In this document: positions 8,691 through 19,146 of the stretch, one piece after another
How positions within the stretch are numbered: position 1 is the stretch's first letter
Layout of the letters: the number at the start of each line of letters is the position of its first letter
Source of the DNA: Chitinophagales bacterium
GTDB taxonomy: Bacteria > Bacteroidota > Bacteroidia > Chitinophagales > UBA8649
Direction: 5' to 3'
DNA: 64,000 nt
NCBI GenBank assembly: GCA_049610685.1
Contig: JBMYZU010000007.1
Location: forward strand, 10,954 to 74,953
The notes under the pieces: generated by a model
The model's input: the letters and a program-made list of their open reading frames with translations, nothing else
What the model was told of the DNA's origin: nothing
Database searches by the model: none
Translations under genes and position numbers: made by a program

Positions 8691-10025
8691 TTAGAAGCTC
8701 ATACCACCAGGAGTAATTGTGAAAGTAAATGTGCCGCAGGCATCATCCTTACTCGTCATCCCCTTTGTTCTAAACTCGCTTTTTTTCACAGCGCATTTCG
8801 CGGCGTCTACAAAATTATCGTCTTGTGTTGTTCCGCCAGCATACTTAATCGACTCTATATTGCCATTGTGATCAATGCAAACTTTCAATTTCACAATTTG
8901 AGTTCCACTAAACGTTTTGACAGGTGAACAGCTTCCCTTAGAAAGAAGGGTTCCACCATTTCCGCTTCCCCCAAAACCATAAGTTTTCCCATTATCCGCT
9001 TCCCCATCGCGGCCTTCACCCATCGTTCCATTATTATCCTCAGTACCGCTTAAATCGGTCCCGCTTATACCCCCAAATACTATGGATTCACTGGGTTTCT
9101 CTTCGGGTGTATTATCAGAATCTGTATTCGTTTGCTCGGAAGGGGGAGACTTATCTTCACTGGACTCTACCGGCTTCGTAACTTTCCTCTGTTCGTTGGT
9201 AGTTTGAGGCTTTTTAGGCGACTCTTCCTTAGCAGTGGACGACTTTGATGCCGAGGCTTCCTGAAAGGATATAAGTTTCGCTGTTTCCACAAGTTCTAGG
9301 CGATCCCAATAAAAGGATTCATTGCGCTTTTCTTCACCCTTATCGAAATAAACATATATACGATCATAGCTAATCGAATCAGGATTAAACGTTCCCGAGT
9401 CGGGTATGGAAAAATCAAAGGTTAGGCTATCCCATTCATTGGCACGCCCCGTTCGCTGAGTTACTTGAACAAAAGCTGTATCATTTGTACTGCTCTCTAA
9501 TCGGATAGTTACAGGAACGCCTCGTCTTGGAGACCACACATCCAATGCTAGTTTCGTCTTAAATGTTGGCACGAAAGGTATAGAGTCAACAAAGTCTATG
9601 GGCATTCCAGCACTATCCAGTGCCAATCGAGTGCCCGCGTGACGATCTGCGGAATCTGTATGAACAGTCTTTGCCACCTGATGCTTTACCAAGCTATCTT
9701 TTGGTAGTCTTGCGAGGTTGGATACATCTTGACTTGGATCGTAGTATATATCCGTAGATAGGTTAGGGCTATTTACGTCAAAATGAAATTGTTGTTTGCG
9801 CGCAGTGTCAAAATCAATGGGGAAACGATACTTTTTTCTCAAGTGTTCTGCATCAATGTACTCTTCACCATTGGCCTCTTCTGCCACATTATCCACCTTT
9901 CGAATACCACATCCCTCATAGTTGATAAAAAAGATAACAAATAGAAGCAATGCGCTCAATATGGTAGTACTCCCAAAGGATATACGACGAATTCTTGATG
10001 CTAATTGTTCTCTTAAATCTTTCAT
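8691..10025 (-). CDS. TonB/TolA-like energy transducer with an inserted CBM-like domain
   Basis: N-terminal TM helix, P/S/E/G-rich linker, C-terminal TonB-like domain (VKLKVCIDHNGNI...AVKKSEF...CGTFTF); lies after exbB-exbD. Confidence 0.75.
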   Translation of the reverse strand: MKDLREQLASRIRRISFGSTTILSALLLFVIFFINYEGCGIRKVDNVAEEANGEEYIDAEHLRKKYRFPIDFDTARKQQFHFDVNSPNLSTDIYYDPSQDVSNLARLPKDSLVKHQVAKTVHTDSADRHAGTRLALDSAGMPIDFVDSIPFVPTFKTKLALDVWSPRRGVPVTIRLESSTNDTAFVQVTQRTGRANEWDSLTFDFSIPDSGTFNPDSISYDRIYVYFDKGEEKRNESFYWDRLELVETAKLISFQEASASKSSTAKEESPKKPQTTNEQRKVTKPVESSEDKSPPSEQTNTDSDNTPEEKPSESIVFGGISGTDLSGTEDNNGTMGEGRDGEADNGKTYGFGGSGNGGTLLSKGSCSPVKTFSGTQIVKLKVCIDHNGNIESIKYAGGTTQDDNFVDAAKCAVKKSEFRTKGMTSKDDACGTFTFTITPGGMSF

Positions 10026-10058
10026 TAACGGGTATTATACCATTCCTAGTAAGTTAGA

Positions 10059-10538
10059 CTATTCTTCTCCTGTTTCATCTACTGGAACCGTGTCTTTAAA
10101 CTGCATTTTGATTTTAAAACCTAGTGCATTGGCGTGGGTAATCGCAGGTTCAAACTGATGCCAATTTGTATTGCTATCTACCGCAAGGAAATAAGAATAC
10201 GCTGTACCATAAGCAACTGGATCAGGGTGCTTTTCTACCTTGTTGTCAATGTCTAGCGATACTGCCTTTGATAAGAGACTGTCCTTGAAGTTGCTTAAAG
10301 CGATCGTGTCCTGGTTAATGGTTATGACACCTTTTTCATCTACCATGACATACATGGCATAGTTTTCAGACTCATCCTCCACAACTTCTGTGGAGGCTTC
10401 ATCTAGAGATAGAAGGATAACTGGATTTACCTTAATATCATATCGAATAATAAAGACCAAAAGCAAGAGAAACATTACATCCGTCAAGGACGACATGCTA
10501 AACTCTGCACTAATCTTTGAACGTTTACGAAACTTCAT
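10059..10538 (-). CDS. exbD: Biopolymer transport protein ExbD/TolR
   Basis: MSSLTDVMFLLLLVFII TM helix with the essential Asp; follows exbB. Confidence 0.88.
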   Translation of the reverse strand: MKFRKRSKISAEFSMSSLTDVMFLLLLVFIIRYDIKVNPVILLSLDEASTEVVEDESENYAMYVMVDEKGVITINQDTIALSNFKDSLLSKAVSLDIDNKVEKHPDPVAYGTAYSYFLAVDSNTNWHQFEPAITHANALGFKIKMQFKDTVPVDETGEE

Positions 10539-10543
10539 AATGC

Positions 10544-11212
10544 CTAGTTCGAGGGAGATTCAAGTAAATCGATAAACTCTACCGCTTTATCCTCCATAAG
10601 GAACATGGTCTTTTGCACCATACTGGACAGCAGGTTGTAGGAAATATATGCAATGATCCCTGCTATCAATCCAAAAACTGTCGTAAGCATTGACTCTTGA
10701 AGACCACCCATAAGTTGGTCAACAGCGTTATTCCCTTCAGCAAGATTCGCAAAGGTTGTAATCATGCCCGTTACAGTTCCCAAGAAACCCAGCATGGGGG
10801 CAGCACCACTAATTGTCGCTAAAATGTTCAGGTTCTTTTCAAGTCTGTAGACCTCAAGCCCCCCTTGATTTTCAATAGCTCCTTTGATATCTCGGAGTGA
10901 ACGGCCAAGTCTTGAAACACCTTTTCCAATCATATGCGCAACAGGCGAGGTATTTCGAGCACATAAGTCCTTGGCTGCCGCAACGTTACCATTTAAAACA
11001 TTTTCTCGTATGCGATGCATAAAGGAATCATCAAGATTGTTCGCTTTACGGATAAGGAGATATCGCTCAATCGTGATATAGATTGATACAATCATTAGTA
11101 TAAGGATTACGACGATAACCCCTTGACCAATAAGACCCATTTCGCCAAATGATTTTGCAATAAATGAAGGTCCCAACGATAGAATTGAAGGCTCTAAAAA
11201 GACTTTGCCCAT
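10544..11212 (-). CDS. exbB: MotA/TolQ/ExbB proton channel protein
   Basis: LATISGAAPMLGFLGTVTGMI, TTVFGLIAGI; likely start ATG 11212. Confidence 0.92.
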   Translation of the reverse strand: MGKVFLEPSILSLGPSFIAKSFGEMGLIGQGVIVVILILMIVSIYITIERYLLIRKANNLDDSFMHRIRENVLNGNVAAAKDLCARNTSPVAHMIGKGVSRLGRSLRDIKGAIENQGGLEVYRLEKNLNILATISGAAPMLGFLGTVTGMITTFANLAEGNNAVDQLMGGLQESMLTTVFGLIAGIIAYISYNLLSSMVQKTMFLMEDKAVEFIDLLESPSN

Positions 11213-11414
11213 GGTTTGAAATTTTTCTGAAATATAAAACGCTTTTTTGTGGATGTACATTGTCTCTATCCACAATACAATGGGGATTATACATAGATGA
11301 TGCCAATTTCTTAAGATTCCATAATGACACATAAGAAAAATGGACCATGCGGTCTATCCAAATACTAACTCACTTAAAAAATGTGAAGTCTAGGAAGCTA
11401 GATTGAAAGGGAGG

Positions 11415-11438
11415 AGGGTGGGGGCGGAGCCCCGCCCA
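11415..11438 (-). repeat. GC hairpin plus partial copy of the C-rich element downstream of the YHYH gene
   Basis: GGGCGG-agcc-CCGCCC hairpin; reverse complement TCCGCCCCCACCCT matches TCCACCCCCACCCT in the 23930 copy at 13 of 14 positions. Confidence 0.45.
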
Positions 11439-11473
11439 TTGTGTTAAACACAATAACTGTAGTTATGTATAGC

Positions 11474-12865
11474 CTAGCGCTGAATCAAGACCTTCTCCCG
11501 CACCATCCCTCGAACACTCGACATTTCCAAAACATATTGTCCATTATACAACCTTCGAGTATCCAAATACCAAAGCGTAGATCCTTTGCGGAGAATATCC
11601 TGAGCGACCAACTTACCTTGCATATCATACAAGCTAAGCTCAATATCATCATAGTTAACTCCTACACATTGCACAGCGATAAATTCTGAAGTAGGGTTCG
11701 GATAGATATTTAAAAGTCCTTCTAAACCATTGATCTCCTCAAGTCCAGTCGTTGTATCTACAGGGAATACAATACTATCAGGATCTTGAATTGTGGTAGG
11801 TTCCGAGATATTTACCTGAGTCCCTGAATTGCCTGGTCCCATTTGAGCGAAGTTGTCCGTTTCAACCACACCATAGTATGAGTGAATTACGTAGGGAAAC
11901 TTACTATTCCAGTTTTCGTCTACTGTAGCGAAATAGGCGTAGGTGCCATTAGGGTATTCTGGCGTAACACAAAATCGTCCGTTATGGACATCAAGATCAC
12001 CTAATCCATTCACAAATTCAAAGTCTTCATAATACCAACCCAAAGGGAAGTCTACATTTACTGCCGGCCCATTAGTTCTTACAGCGCCAATATCTCCACG
12101 CAGCTGATAGCTAGGCTCCATGAGCTGAACACCAGATGAAGCGTCCATGGCATTCTTATATCCATAGGCTCCATAAATCGGATATCCATCAAAGGCATAT
12201 CCAATTAACGGTGAATGCATCGTAGAATCCAGCACATATAGACCATCAGAGGGATATACATCACATATGTTAGAGAGGAGGGCTAAATCTGCATTAAAGG
12301 CTTGAGGATTTTGATGATGGTGGTAAGCATCTCGCGCAGGATGTCCTTTGGCGCAATCAAATCCGATGTTTTCAGCAAGAATAGCATTGCGATTCCATAT
12401 GCCATCGCCTCCACCTCCAGGCCCACCGCGCACGTCCGTGCCCTGTGCTACGCTGTATGAAGCACCATCTTGCCAATCAAATAATGGAACTCCGTTGATG
12501 AATACGCCGATCTGACCTAGTCGGGTGGTCGTGATATTCCCTGTATTTGGCACAGGGTTTCTCGGAATCTGAAAGATGTAGTCGACCTCCCCAGTTCCTC
12601 CTGGATTGCCATCAAGGTATGGTCCAATGGCATATGCTGGAATACCCTTAGAGGAGACATAGACAAAGTCGTTAGAGTACTCTACTTGTTGGACATTGAC
12701 GAGCCAATTTTGAGCAATGGGTGTGGAATTTCCCTGAACATATTGTCTTGCCGTACTTCCCTCTGTGTTTTGCAGCCAATAGGCCATCTCAGGAGGAGTA
12801 ACAGACTGCGCATAAGCCCATATCGCAAGGGTTGCGAATAGAAACGTTAAAGGAATTCGTATCAT
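11474..12865 (-). CDS. YHYH-family protein with T9SS type A sorting domain
   Basis: IGVFINGVPLF, D...GHP...YHHH, HSPLIGYAFDGYPIYG, GDLDVHNGRFCVTPEYPNGTYAYF; C-terminal IYPNPT...DMQGK...GQY. Confidence 0.88.
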   Translation of the reverse strand: MIRIPLTFLFATLAIWAYAQSVTPPEMAYWLQNTEGSTARQYVQGNSTPIAQNWLVNVQQVEYSNDFVYVSSKGIPAYAIGPYLDGNPGGTGEVDYIFQIPRNPVPNTGNITTTRLGQIGVFINGVPLFDWQDGASYSVAQGTDVRGGPGGGGDGIWNRNAILAENIGFDCAKGHPARDAYHHHQNPQAFNADLALLSNICDVYPSDGLYVLDSTMHSPLIGYAFDGYPIYGAYGYKNAMDASSGVQLMEPSYQLRGDIGAVRTNGPAVNVDFPLGWYYEDFEFVNGLGDLDVHNGRFCVTPEYPNGTYAYFATVDENWNSKFPYVIHSYYGVVETDNFAQMGPGNSGTQVNISEPTTIQDPDSIVFPVDTTTGLEEINGLEGLLNIYPNPTSEFIAVQCVGVNYDDIELSLYDMQGKLVAQDILRKGSTLWYLDTRRLYNGQYVLEMSSVRGMVREKVLIQR

Positions 12866-12904
12866 ATGTTTTGTATTAATTCCCGTCAAAATAGAAAAAA
12901 AAAA

Positions 12905-13921
12905 TTAACGCGGAAAGGCAAAGTCTGGATTCCGGATAAAGGAGTAATCACTCAACGTAAGTAAGAATGCGTAGATCTCGGTTTGTTCTTCATGAGATAA
13001 GGGCATCATGTTCTCATTGTAATGGTCAAGCACCTCATAAATCGTTTTGAACCGTCCATCATGCATATACGGATAGGTATATTCTATGTTGCGTAAAGAC
13101 GGCGTTTTAAAGCGTAAACTATCCTGTGGTCTATGCGTAACGTGATATCTACCTAAATCCATTAAAGAAGAATCAATAGGCAAATTATTTCTGGTAAAAT
13201 CATTGTTCATAAACAGTGGAGGTTTATGACAGGAGGCACAATTTCGCTTGAACAGCTTAAATCCCTTCTTTTCTTGTGCTGTAAACTTTGCTTCTCCTCG
13301 GCGTACGGAATCATATTTGGCATTATCCGAAATCAATATAAGCTGAAACTGAACCAGCGCATCAATAAACCTTCGCGTAGAAATACTTGTATCCCCAAAG
13401 GCAGCCTCAAATAGAGCGGGGTAGTGATCAGACCGGCGCAATCGCTCAAAGACTAAAGGCAGATTACTTGCCATTTCGGTAGCATTATGCAATGGTGCCA
13501 TTACCTGAGCATCAAGATGCGTTAGGCCACCATCCCAACGGAAGGACTTATGCCATCCCACATTTTGAATTGGCGGAGCATTACGCTTACCTATTGTGTC
13601 ACCTATACCATGGCTTAAGGCATGATCTACATGCGAAAAGGCCGTGTAAGAGGAATGACAACTAGCACAAGATATCGTAGAGTCCAAGGATAATATTGGA
13701 TCGTAGAACAAGGCGCGACCCAATGCAATGCCTTCTGCCGTCAAAGGGTTTGATGATATATCGTAGACCATATCTCCAAAATATTTCGGTGGATTGAGGT
13801 CATGGGCTTGCGGTTGAGCTAAAGGAGTAAACCATCGTTCTCCCTGACTAACACCATAGACCAATACGGCGCACAGCGTAATGATTAGGAATTTCCCGCA
13901 ATGTTTAGTCCAGCAACACAT
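12905..13921 (-). CDS. Di-heme cytochrome c peroxidase/MauG family protein (MbnH-like)
   Basis: LGRALFYDPILS, two CASCH heme motifs, RNAP, FKTPSLRN, PYMHDG; paired with an MbnP-like gene. Confidence 0.9.
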   Translation of the reverse strand: MCCWTKHCGKFLIITLCAVLVYGVSQGERWFTPLAQPQAHDLNPPKYFGDMVYDISSNPLTAEGIALGRALFYDPILSLDSTISCASCHSSYTAFSHVDHALSHGIGDTIGKRNAPPIQNVGWHKSFRWDGGLTHLDAQVMAPLHNATEMASNLPLVFERLRRSDHYPALFEAAFGDTSISTRRFIDALVQFQLILISDNAKYDSVRRGEAKFTAQEKKGFKLFKRNCASCHKPPLFMNNDFTRNNLPIDSSLMDLGRYHVTHRPQDSLRFKTPSLRNIEYTYPYMHDGRFKTIYEVLDHYNENMMPLSHEEQTEIYAFLLTLSDYSFIRNPDFAFPR

Positions 13922-14441
13922 GATCTATAAAGGTATCAAAGACTGTTTTAGCCTCATTTCCAGGAGACATTATCTGCCTAGAAACATTAGATGGAAGGTT
14001 TGAGAAAAAAGCATCCAAATCAATGGTCAAAAGACTATGATTAGCTACTTCAAGAGCATGATAACACACAAAGGGTTCACGAAATCCTCCTAAGTGATAG
14101 ACAAAGTCCTCACCCATATAGTTTCCCTCCATTTTAATTGCGATATACCCATTTTGCCAAGTCCAATACATGCCTTCTAAGGGATCAAAAACACCTTCAT
14201 ATGAAGACAGCACTTGAGAAACACTATCGACGCCAAAAACCAAAGAAGAAGTGTGAGGCAAATTGAAGGAAGATTGTGCTGATAAATCATGTAAATCATA
14301 GGTTATCTCTCCATGCTCAGAAACATGGCCAATGTAGAGCATAAAAACCTCCATTTCCACTTGATTAGCATTCACGTCAAGACGTAAATTTTGAGCCATT
14401 AATGATGAGGTCATCAATAGGAGGAAAAACACAAAGCGCAT
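13905..14441 (-). CDS. MbnP-like copper-binding protein
   Basis: FGVDS...G.FDP..GMYWTWQNGYIAIKMEG...YHLGG, containing the WxW motif typical of MbnP. Confidence 0.8.
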   Translation of the reverse strand: MRFVFFLLLMTSSLMAQNLRLDVNANQVEMEVFMLYIGHVSEHGEITYDLHDLSAQSSFNLPHTSSLVFGVDSVSQVLSSYEGVFDPLEGMYWTWQNGYIAIKMEGNYMGEDFVYHLGGFREPFVCYHALEVANHSLLTIDLDAFFSNLPSNVSRQIMSPGNEAKTVFDTFIDHVLLD

Positions 14442-14524
14442 ACTTAAATATAAAGGGTTTAACGATTTCGTAACATGTGTGGAAAAGCCCCTGAATTAAT
14501 GCAAAAAATGGCGGTCTAAAACCT

Positions 14525-14532
14525 TACATTTG
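14525..14532 (+). promoter_or_regulatory. Bacteroidota -7 promoter element for gyrA
   Basis: TACATTTG 5 nt before the ATG. Confidence 0.55.
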
Positions 14533-14537
14533 AGACT

Positions 14538-17246
14538 ATGGACGATAACCAGAATCCACAAGAAAATTTAAATCCGCAAGAAGGGTCAAACAACCAAGGT
14601 TCTTCTCAGATAGTTAACATAGATATTGCCGAAGAAATGAAGGCCGCATACATCGATTATTCGATGTCGGTCATTGTCTCTCGAGCTATTCCCGATGTTC
14701 GCGATGGAATGAAGCCCGTACACCGCAGGGTGCTTTACGGAATGCAGGAACTTGGACTAACCTCCGGTAAATCCCACAAGAAGTCAGCTCGTATAGTAGG
14801 GGAGGTCTTAGGTAAGTATCACCCACACGGTGATTCTTCCGTGTACGACACCATGGTGCGTATGGCCCAAGATTGGTCTTTGCGCTATCCCTTAGTCAAT
14901 GGCCAAGGGAACTTCGGCTCTGTCGATGGTGATAGCCCTGCCGCTATGCGATATACTGAGGCCAAAATGGAAAAGATAGCCGATGAGGTGCTGAAGGATA
15001 TCGAAAAAGAAACCGTTGATTTCCAACTAAACTTCGATGATTCCTTAGAAGAGCCTACGGTATTGCCGAGTCGCATCCCTAATCTTCTTGTCAATGGTGC
15101 CAACGGAATCGCTGTAGGTATGGCGACCAACATGCTACCTCATAACCTCAGTGAGGTATGTGATGGAGTTTGTGCTTACATCGATGATCCAGAAATTGAT
15201 ATTGCAGGTCTAATGCAGCACGTAACTGCCCCAGACTTTCCTACAGGCGGAACAATCTATGGATATGATGGTGTAAAAGAAGCTTTCGAAACGGGCCGTG
15301 GTAGAGTAGTGGTTCGAGGAAAGGCAGAAATTGTAACCAATGGAGCAAGGGAACAAATCATTATCTCAGAGATTCCTTATCAAGTCAACAAATCCAGCCT
15401 TGTAAAGAAAATCGCTGACCTTGTTAATGACAAGAAGATCAATGGGATTTCAGATATCCGAGATGAATCCGACCGAAAGGGAATGCGCGTTGTTATCGAC
15501 GTTAAGCGTGATGGTATACCGAATATCATCCTCAATAAACTCTATCAGTACACGCCACTTCAATCATCCTTCGGTGTAAACAACGTTTGTCTGGTAAATG
15601 GTCGTCCAAGAACATTAAATCTTCAGCAACTCATTCACTACTTTGTGGAGTTCCGCCATGATGTAATTGTCAAGCGAACTGAGTTTGAATTGAAAAAGGC
15701 TGAAGAACGCGCTCATATCCTTCAGGGACTGATCATCGCGGTAGATAACATCGACGAGGTTATCGCATTAATTCGCTCAAGCAAGACGGTTGACTTGGCC
15801 AAGAAAGGCCTTATGGAGCGCTTTGAGCTCTCTGAAATACAGTCGAAAGCCATCTTAGAAATGCGCCTTTCTAAGCTCACCGGCTTAGAAATCGAAAAAC
15901 TTCGTGCAGAGTACGATGAATTAATGAAAACCATTGCCCGACTGAAAGAAATCCTTGAAAATCGAGGTATTCGGATGGAAATGGTGAAAGAAGAGACCCT
16001 TGAGATCAAGGCTAAGTATGGCGATGAGCGACGAACCGACATCGATTACTCTTCCGGAAACATTGATATTACTGACTTAATTCCGGATGAATCGGTGGTA
16101 ATTACGATTTCCCACCTTGGATATATGAAGCGTACGCCTTCAGCAGAGTTTAGAAGTCAAAACCGAGGTGGTCGAGGAAGTAGGGGATCTACTACTCGGG
16201 ATGAAGACTTTATAGAATACATGTTCACAGCAACAACCCACAATTACTTGTTGCTGTTTACCGAAAAAGGTCGTTGTTACTGGATAAAGGTATACGACAT
16301 ACCTGAAGGGTCCAAAACAGGAAAGGGTAGGGCGATTCAAAACCTCCTACAAATGCCATCGGATGATAAGGTTATGGCCTTTATTCCTGTGCTTAACTTG
16401 AAAGAGGAGGAATATCTCGATAACAACTACCTCTTATTTGTTACCGCCTTAGGTACGATTAAGAAGACGTCATTGCGTGCGTATTCCAATGTGCGTTCAG
16501 CTGGAGTCAATGCCATTACCATTCGAGAGGAGGACAAGCTTGAGCGCGTGGTAATGACCGACGGTAATTCAGAAGTTATTATCGGAACAACAAAAGGGCA
16601 AGCCATTCGATTTGAAGAGGGCAAAGTGCGCTCCATGGGCCGAACAGCCACTGGGGTTCGCGGTGTGACGCTTCAAGGAGATGAAGACCATGTTGTGGGA
16701 ATTATCTCAGCTACCGAAGAAAATCGAGCTACGGGCACCATGCTAGTGCTCTCTGAAAATGGTTACGGTAAGCGAACCTTTATTGATGATCCTGAAACCG
16801 GAGATCCGATCTATCGTCGAACCAATCGAGGAGGTAAGGGAGTCCGAACAATGTCTGTAACCGAAAAAACAGGGAAGCTAGTCGCTTTAAGGTATGTCAC
16901 GGACAATGATGATGTAATGATCATCACGAAAAATGGGATTACCATTCGTATGGCGGTTGAAGACATTTCTACCTTAGGCCGCAATACGCAGGGCGTGAAG
17001 TTGATCAAGATTGGCAACAAAGACTCTATTGCTGCCCTTGCCATTGTGAAAGACGGTAAGGCTGAACGAGAAGAAATAGAACGCTTAGATGCCTTAGAGG
17101 CGGCTGAAGAGGACGCGGAAGGTACCGAGTCCAGTGAAGGTAGTCCTGCAAATGATTCAGGCGAAGATTCTGCCGATGCTTCGGGTAATACTTCAGCATC
17201 TGACGACACTAACCAAGACAACTCAGAAGGAGAGGAGTCGGCATAA
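14538..17246 (+). CDS. gyrA: DNA gyrase subunit A
   Basis: YHPHGDS, AAMRYTE catalytic Tyr, GyrA-box QNRGGRG, beta-pinwheel repeats, acidic tail. Confidence 0.99.
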   Translation: MDDNQNPQENLNPQEGSNNQGSSQIVNIDIAEEMKAAYIDYSMSVIVSRAIPDVRDGMKPVHRRVLYGMQELGLTSGKSHKKSARIVGEVLGKYHPHGDSSVYDTMVRMAQDWSLRYPLVNGQGNFGSVDGDSPAAMRYTEAKMEKIADEVLKDIEKETVDFQLNFDDSLEEPTVLPSRIPNLLVNGANGIAVGMATNMLPHNLSEVCDGVCAYIDDPEIDIAGLMQHVTAPDFPTGGTIYGYDGVKEAFETGRGRVVVRGKAEIVTNGAREQIIISEIPYQVNKSSLVKKIADLVNDKKINGISDIRDESDRKGMRVVIDVKRDGIPNIILNKLYQYTPLQSSFGVNNVCLVNGRPRTLNLQQLIHYFVEFRHDVIVKRTEFELKKAEERAHILQGLIIAVDNIDEVIALIRSSKTVDLAKKGLMERFELSEIQSKAILEMRLSKLTGLEIEKLRAEYDELMKTIARLKEILENRGIRMEMVKEETLEIKAKYGDERRTDIDYSSGNIDITDLIPDESVVITISHLGYMKRTPSAEFRSQNRGGRGSRGSTTRDEDFIEYMFTATTHNYLLLFTEKGRCYWIKVYDIPEGSKTGKGRAIQNLLQMPSDDKVMAFIPVLNLKEEEYLDNNYLLFVTALGTIKKTSLRAYSNVRSAGVNAITIREEDKLERVVMTDGNSEVIIGTTKGQAIRFEEGKVRSMGRTATGVRGVTLQGDEDHVVGIISATEENRATGTMLVLSENGYGKRTFIDDPETGDPIYRRTNRGGKGVRTMSVTEKTGKLVALRYVTDNDDVMIITKNGITIRMAVEDISTLGRNTQGVKLIKIGNKDSIAALAIVKDGKAEREEIERLDALEAAEEDAEGTESSEGSPANDSGEDSADASGNTSASDDTNQDNSEGEESA

Positions 17247-17296
17247 AACAGGCTTTTCTCTCTATTATTGACTAATATTAACGCGGTGCCATAACT

Positions 17297-17313
17297 TTGG
17301 CACCTGATTTGTA
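17297..17313 (+). promoter_or_regulatory. Possible sigma54-type -24/-12 promoter overlapping a hairpin
   Basis: TTGGCAC-CTGAT-TTGTA has GG-N10-G(T) spacing; overlaps the GGTGCCA...TGGCACC inverted repeat. Confidence 0.35.
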
Positions 17314-17358
17314 AATGCCAACAAGCATTTAATTAAAAGAAAATCGTAAACGAATACT

Positions 17359-18480
17359 ATGAAGACATTACGTAACATTTTACCCATGTTGATTTTGGTA
17401 CTGACTGTATCCATTGCAGAAGCACAGAAAAACAAAATTTATTCAGCACAAACCAATATTGACGCTTATCTCTCAAGTAAAAACCCTGATGATCTGCTTC
17501 AGGCTAAGCAAATCATTGACGAAGTGGTTAAACACGAGAAAACGATTGAATTTTGGAAAGCCTGGTATACCTATGCTAAGGTATATCAACTGTTGGGTTC
17601 CGATTCCGTTGTAAAGAGTACAGACCCCACTTACCTTTTAACAGCACTAGATGCTTACGACAAATCGTTTGATTTAGCTGATGGACGAATTGACATGTAC
17701 ACCAAAGATGATATGATCATGTACCTAAAAAGTCTCTCTGTAGCCTTCTATAATGATGGTGTGGATTTCTACAGCGCTAGAGACTATGAAACCGCAGCAA
17801 GCTATTTCATTGGGGTAATTGTCACCGATTTACTTTTAGAACGTGAGAATGGTGAAGGAATGCCTTTCGCAGCAAATAGTACGGATATGGCAGTGGTTTC
17901 CTTTCGATTGATGGCTGACCAAGCCCGTAGTGCAGGAGATTTAGAAGGATATTTAGCCAAAATCAAGGAGGGACAGGCATTCTTCCCAGGAAATGCTGAC
18001 TTAATGACGGACGAAATCAACTATTACCTCATGGCTGATAAAATTCAGGAAGGAATGAGTATTGTACAGGACGCTATAGCCATACAAGTTTCTGCTTTAT
18101 CAGAAGATCCTGAAAACCAGGCAATCTCGCAACAAATAAGCATGCTTTACGTAGTAGAAGGAGAGGCCTATTTTCGAAATGATAATGTAGAAAGTGCCCT
18201 TAAAAGCTTTGAAACGGCCATAACGTTTAATCCCGATAACCACACAGCACAGTATAACTGCGGCGTGATTTTAGTGGAGCAATTCAATCAAGCGGGTAAA
18301 TCATTGAATGAAATGACAGATCTTGATGATGCAACGTATAATACAATGAATGAAGAGCGATACACAACATATCTTAAACCAGCTCTAGCATTCCTTATGG
18401 TTGCCCAGAATATAGATCCAGAGAATACAGAATACTCTACCATGGTTGATAATATTCAATCACTTTTGGGTAATCGGTAA
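17359..18480 (+). CDS. Secreted TPR-repeat protein
   Basis: Signal peptide and helical TPR-like repeats (AITFNPDNHTAQYNCG); usual gyrA neighbour in Bacteroidota. Confidence 0.8.
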   Translation: MKTLRNILPMLILVLTVSIAEAQKNKIYSAQTNIDAYLSSKNPDDLLQAKQIIDEVVKHEKTIEFWKAWYTYAKVYQLLGSDSVVKSTDPTYLLTALDAYDKSFDLADGRIDMYTKDDMIMYLKSLSVAFYNDGVDFYSARDYETAASYFIGVIVTDLLLERENGEGMPFAANSTDMAVVSFRLMADQARSAGDLEGYLAKIKEGQAFFPGNADLMTDEINYYLMADKIQEGMSIVQDAIAIQVSALSEDPENQAISQQISMLYVVEGEAYFRNDNVESALKSFETAITFNPDNHTAQYNCGVILVEQFNQAGKSLNEMTDLDDATYNTMNEERYTTYLKPALAFLMVAQNIDPENTEYSTMVDNIQSLLGNR

Positions 18481-18490
18481 TTATATGCAG

Positions 18491-18520
18491 AGAAGGGGGC
18501 AGTATTTGTCCCTTTTCTTT
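18491..18520 (+). terminator. Intrinsic terminator
   Basis: AGAAGGGGGCA-gtatt-TGTCCCTTTTCTTT hairpin after the TPR gene. Confidence 0.55.
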
Positions 18521-18605
18521 TGAATCTGCTACTTAACATAATATATATTATAGGAATAAAGGTGAAATAAGTAATTGAATGCCAATTCATTATGGATTCA
18601 AAAAG

Positions 18606-19052
18606 TTATAGTGATATCCCTGCAGCAGCTAAAACTGCTAATATTGGGATGATGCTTAGAATGATCAGTTCTACTCGTACAATCGCTCTAATATGATTAG
18701 GAATTTGAATTTCCTCTTGCTGATCACCTTTACGCTGACGCATAAAAAATATGCTTGGCCAAATGCTAAGAATTCCAACTAGGACGAACAATCCGTATTT
18801 CAAATGAAATAAGGGATTCTCCATGTACCAGCCTGAAGGCTTAAATCCTAAGCCAGCGTCAAATCCAAACCACATCGCCATTCCCGCTCCTACGACGAAA
18901 ATTGAAGCCATTCCGTATATCCCATCGATTTTGGCCAAAAAACTGAGCTTTTTTCGGCTTAGCGTTCTACTTAACATAATAAATTCAGTAAATACCGCTG
19001 AATAGACCAACAAAATGCTGATGAAATGCAGATAACGGATGGCATAACTCAT
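18606..19052 (-). CDS. DUF2214 family membrane protein
   Basis: YLHFI...E, LAKIDGIYG, KP..WY..NPLFHLK..LF, SIWP, ELI; four TM helices. Confidence 0.85.
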   Translation of the reverse strand: MSYAIRYLHFISILLVYSAVFTEFIMLSRTLSRKKLSFLAKIDGIYGMASIFVVGAGMAMWFGFDAGLGFKPSGWYMENPLFHLKYGLFVLVGILSIWPSIFFMRQRKGDQQEEIQIPNHIRAIVRVELIILSIIPILAVLAAAGISL

Positions 19053-19146
19053 AAAAAATACCTTTTTGGAAAGATACTATACTGTGGCCACATAGTCCGA
19101 CGCTCATTTGATTAATGGTTATCTTCAATGCCCTAAAACCACAATA

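Noticed and set aside
14538-17246. Possible intein or extra domain in the 902-aa GyrA
   Set aside because: Sequence is continuous around the catalytic Tyr; the extra length is low-complexity N-terminal and acidic C-terminal tails.
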